DNA from: Alphaproteobacteria bacterium
GTDB taxonomy: Bacteria; Pseudomonadota; Alphaproteobacteria; MPNO01; UBA830
Assembly: GCA_964291215.2 (NCBI GenBank)
Contig: OZ219791.1
Coordinates: forward strand, 1,952,001-2,016,000
Direction: 5' to 3'
Length of the DNA: 64,000 bases
Each line of letters starts with the position of its first letter. The stretch's first letter is position 1. The notes below the pieces were generated by a model. That model did no database searches and had not been told where the DNA came from. It worked only from the letters and a program-made list of their open reading frames with translations. A program made the translations under genes and the position numbers. This document shows, one piece after another, positions 60,727 to 64,000 of the stretch.

Positions 60727-63562
60727 GTGTTATGTCAGCAATGATATGTCGCACATTTGGTGCTAGACTGTCCGTCCATTCGGGATGGAGGTCGGAGTAT
60801 GAAACGCTACGTGGTGACCCTGGACGAACGGGCAGAACTTTCGGAGATCACGACCAAGGGCTCGCATCTGTCGCAAAAGGTAATCAACGCCTTGATCTTG
60901 CTCAACTGCGACGAGGGTGCGTTCAATGAATGCCAGATGACCGGGAAGGTCATTGCCGAGATTCTGCGCATCAGCATGCGCAAAGTAGACCGGGTGAAAA
61001 AGCGTTTCGTTGAAGAGGGGCTGGAGGCGGCATTGGGTGGCCGGTAAGGACGCCGTCCTACCTACATGCGAAAAGCCGACGGCACCTTCGAGGCGCGCTT
61101 GGTGGCTCTGAGTTGTGGTGAACCGCCTGAGGGTTACGCGCAATGGTCGTTGCGGCTGCTGGCCGACCGCGTTGTTGAGCTTGGTTACATTGATACCGTG
61201 TCACACGAGACGGTGCGGCGTGTTCTAAACCGAAGTTCCAGAAAATTCCGGTTGAAATGCACGTCAAGTCATTGATGCAGCGTGGTTTATCAGATTTTTC
61301 GTGCGTCATATTGTACCCATGTAATATTGTGTTAGATGCTTGACATCCATGGATTTTCCGCCCATATTCAGTAGCCATGTATATCGAATCCATCCCCAAC
61401 CGCTCGTCCCCGCCCGCCATCCTGCTCCGCGAGTCCTGTCGCGAAGCCGGAACGGTCAAGAAGCGCACCCTCGCCAACCTTTCCAAGCCCGCTCTCATCG
61501 AGGGATTGCGCATTCTGCTCAAGGGAGGAACCGCAGGTCTCGACGACGCCTCGTCCGCTCTCTCTTCCCCATGTCGCCGCGGTGCTGGGAACCCTGAAGA
61601 AACTGGACCGGCGGATCGACCCGAAGCCTTCTCCCGAGCGCGATCAGGTTTTCGCCATGATCGTGGCACGCATCCTTGAGCCCGCCTCGAAGCTGGCCAG
61701 GGGGCTGGCGACAGCGGTCAGCGCCTTGGGTGAGATGCGGAGTTGGACGAGAATGCCCTCTACGGCTCCTGGAACGTCAGGAGAGGATCCCCTGGCGGCA
61801 CCTCGAAGAGGGCTGCCTGGTGCTCCTGACTTCCGTGTGGATGGAGGGGAGAGCATGCCCCTTGGCCCAACGGGGTCATTCCCGGGATGGCAAGAAGGGC
61901 AAGCTGCAGTCGGCCTTCTGTGCGACCGGGACGGGTGTCGGTGCGGGTGTTCCCCGGCAACACCCGGCCACGGTGTCCTCACAGATCGCCACGCTGCGGG
62001 AGCGGTTCTCCTTTGCGAAGGTGGTGGGGGACCGAGGCCCGCGAGGAGGTCAAGCCTGCGGGCCAGCGCCTTGAGGGGCATCCGTTCACTGGTGGAGGCG
62101 GGTGACGATGTCGCTCTTCGACGAGAGAGACCTGGTGGAGATCACCAGCGATGTGTATCCCGGCGAACGCCTCTGCCGCAACCCCCTGCTGGATCGGGCT
62201 CGCAAGCGCCAGGAACTGCTCGAGGCCACCGAGGCTCGCACCGATTGCCGCAGCGACACGGCGCGACAAGCGCCGGGAAGATCGGGGAGCGGAAGGTCAT
62301 CGGCAGGATGGCGAAGCACTTCACGTGGTCCATCGACGACGACGGTGTCTTCACCTGTGGGCGTGATGAGGCTGCGATCGCTGCCGAGGCCAGGCTCCTC
62401 TATGTGGTCCGCCTGCCGCAGAGCGAGCTCGACGGTCCCGCGCGCCTACAAGCGGCTGAACTCCGTGGAACGGGCCTTCCGCAGCCTCAAGGACCTGAAG
62501 GTCCGTCCCGTCTACCCGAACCCCGAGTCCGCGTCTTCCTGTGTATGCTCGCCTACTACATGGCACATGCGACTGAAGCCCATGCTGTTCGACGACGAGG
62601 ATGCCGAAGGCGGCCGTCCGTCGTGGCGCCGGCAGAAGTCTCGGCGAGCGCCCGGGCCAAGGCGACAACGAAGAGGACGCCCGGAGGTGGCACAGCTTCC
62701 GCACCCTCATCGGCGATCTTGCCACCCGCAACACCGTGGCGCCCCGCCTTGCGGGCGCCGAACCCTTCCAGGTCACCACACGGCCCACGCCGCTCCAGAG
62801 AAGGGCACTCAAGCTCCTGGGCGTGAAGCCATAGTGTACCGAGACCGCTGAAATGTATCGAATGTCATTTCTATCAGATACTTAGGTCTGATCGGCTCTG
62901 GAACTTCGGTCTAAAAAAACTGCCTCAAGCCATGGCAGCGGGTTGGGTGGGTGATTCCTCCTCAAGGGAACGCCGACTTCGCCGCAGCGAAGGTGCTCGA
63001 TCGCCGCCCCGTCGCCTTCCCCGTGGTCTGCATGGATGAAACGCCCCCCGACCGGCGAGACACGGCAACCGATCGCCATGGCGCCGGGACGGGCGTAACG
63101 ACTACGAGTATCGACGTTGCGGCACCTGCAACGTCTTCATGGAACCCCTGGCCGGCAAGCGCATGACCAAGGTAACCGAGCGCAAGATCGCGCAGTTCCT
63201 GGCCGACATCGCCGAGCGCTACTAAGATGCCACCACCATCACCCTGGTGATGGACAACCTCAACACTCACCGGCCCGGCGCCTTCTATGAGGCCTACCCG
63301 CCGGACGAGGCCAAGGCCCTGTGGGACCGTTTCGAGTTCGTCTACACCCCCAAGCACGGCAGTTGGCTGAACGTGGTCGAACTCAACGTCATGATCCGCC
63401 AGTGCCTGAACCGCCGCATCGACTGCATCGAGGTGTTACGCCGGGAAGTTGCCGCCTGGCAGGCGACCGCATTCAGGCCAAGGTGGATTGGCAGTTCACC
63501 ACCGACGATGCCCGCGTGAAACTCAAACGTCTTTATCCGATATTTGACGAATGACAAGACAC
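60727..63562 (+). mobile_element. Degenerate IS630-family element interrupted by IS1634
   Basis: Ends GTGTTATGTCA / TGACAAGACAC followed by TA. HTH ORF from 60799 (WSLRLLAD, SHETVRRVL); DDE part VVCMDE, MDNLNTH, YTPKHGSWLN, ARVKLKRLYP. Confidence 0.9.
61229..62910 (+). mobile_element. Degenerate IS1634-family element, copy 2
   Basis: Perfect inverted repeats ACCGAAGTTCCAG / CTGGAACTTCGGT with a CTAA duplication (61225-61228, 62911-62914); clearly homologous to 7245-9037. Confidence 0.93.
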
Positions 63563-63784
63563 TAGTGCGGCTCCGCTGAGTGGGGCTGAGGTATGCAGCG
63601 CCGACCGGGAACTGTAAAGTCCGCCCCGGCGCAGTGCAAAGCGGGTCGTTGCCGAAATGCGCCGCCGGGTGCGTTTTGAGGGGCCGTCTCGACAGCCGCC
63701 TGTTTTGTCCCCGCAGGAGAATAGCCCGGTACTGGCGGCTTATAGCAGGCCGTCCGCGTTGGCCCTTGGTCCAAGACAGCATAA

Positions 63785-63811
63785 TTCGATAGAATCGTGG
63801 CCGTTATCGAA
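63785..63811 (+). promoter_or_regulatory. Inverted-repeat operator overlapping a -10 box
   Basis: TTCGATA-N13-TATCGAA overlapping TAGAAT, just before the GGAGG RBS of the RHH gene. Confidence 0.5.
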
Positions 63812-63825
63812 CCGGAGGCGTCGGA

Positions 63826-64000
63826 ATGAGCACAAGCATCGTCGTCCGCGACATCGACCCCGGAGACAAGTCCTGGCTGCGGCGCGAGGCCCGGCAGGCC
63901 GGGGTGTCGATGGAAGAACTGGTGCGCCGCCTGATCCGCGAAACGCGCGCGAAGCGCGAACGCCGGTTGAAACCGTCCGAAACCTTCGCGCGGTATTTCG
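63826..64000 (+). CDS. FitA-like ribbon-helix-helix antitoxin (3' truncated by window)
   Basis: MSTSIVVRDIDPGDKSWLRREARQAGVSMEELVRRLIRE; absent from the ORF track. Confidence 0.8.
   Translation, partial: MSTSIVVRDIDPGDKSWLRREARQAGVSMEELVRRLIRETRAKRERRLKPSETFARYF

Noticed and set aside
7245-62910. Composite transposon bounded by the two IS1634 copies
   Set aside because: Each copy has its own target duplication, the copies are diverged, and the DNA between them is core chromosome.
1-64000. CRISPR array, tRNA, rRNA or glycine riboswitch
   Set aside because: No regularly spaced repeats or RNA gene signatures seen by eye; the gcv leader lies outside the window. A covariance-model scan could still find small RNAs.

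Overview
GC-rich alphaproteobacterial (Rhodospirillales-like) chromosomal window. The intact core runs gcvH-gcvPA-gcvPB, ispH-thrB-rnhA, peroxiredoxin, dsbD, yqgE, a TAXI-TRAP transporter, DUF2125/chaC/plsC/ydcF, a coxMSL-like molybdo-flavoprotein, glmU/glmS, gabD, gor and rpmJ, with many catabolic extras (two FAH proteins, arylsulfotransferase, SDR, Rieske oxygenase, two LLM oxidoreductases, hydantoinase A/B). Two accessory islands (about 3.1-12.8 kb and 55.6-64 kb) carry defence-type genes (TIR protein, GNAT and RHH toxin-antitoxin genes, helicase IV-like helicase-nuclease, helicase and primase relics) and six dead IS elements from five families (IS66, two IS1634, ISNCY, IS256, IS630). The strongest signal is how the IS elements are broken: by dense, mostly 5-8 bp deletions, while neighbouring single-copy genes are clean. 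The two IS1634 copies diverged mainly at synonymous sites yet share the same inactivating deletions. This points either to a homology- or copy-number-dependent transposon inactivation process or to an assembly/polishing artefact; raw reads would decide. All family calls come from motif recognition, not database searches.
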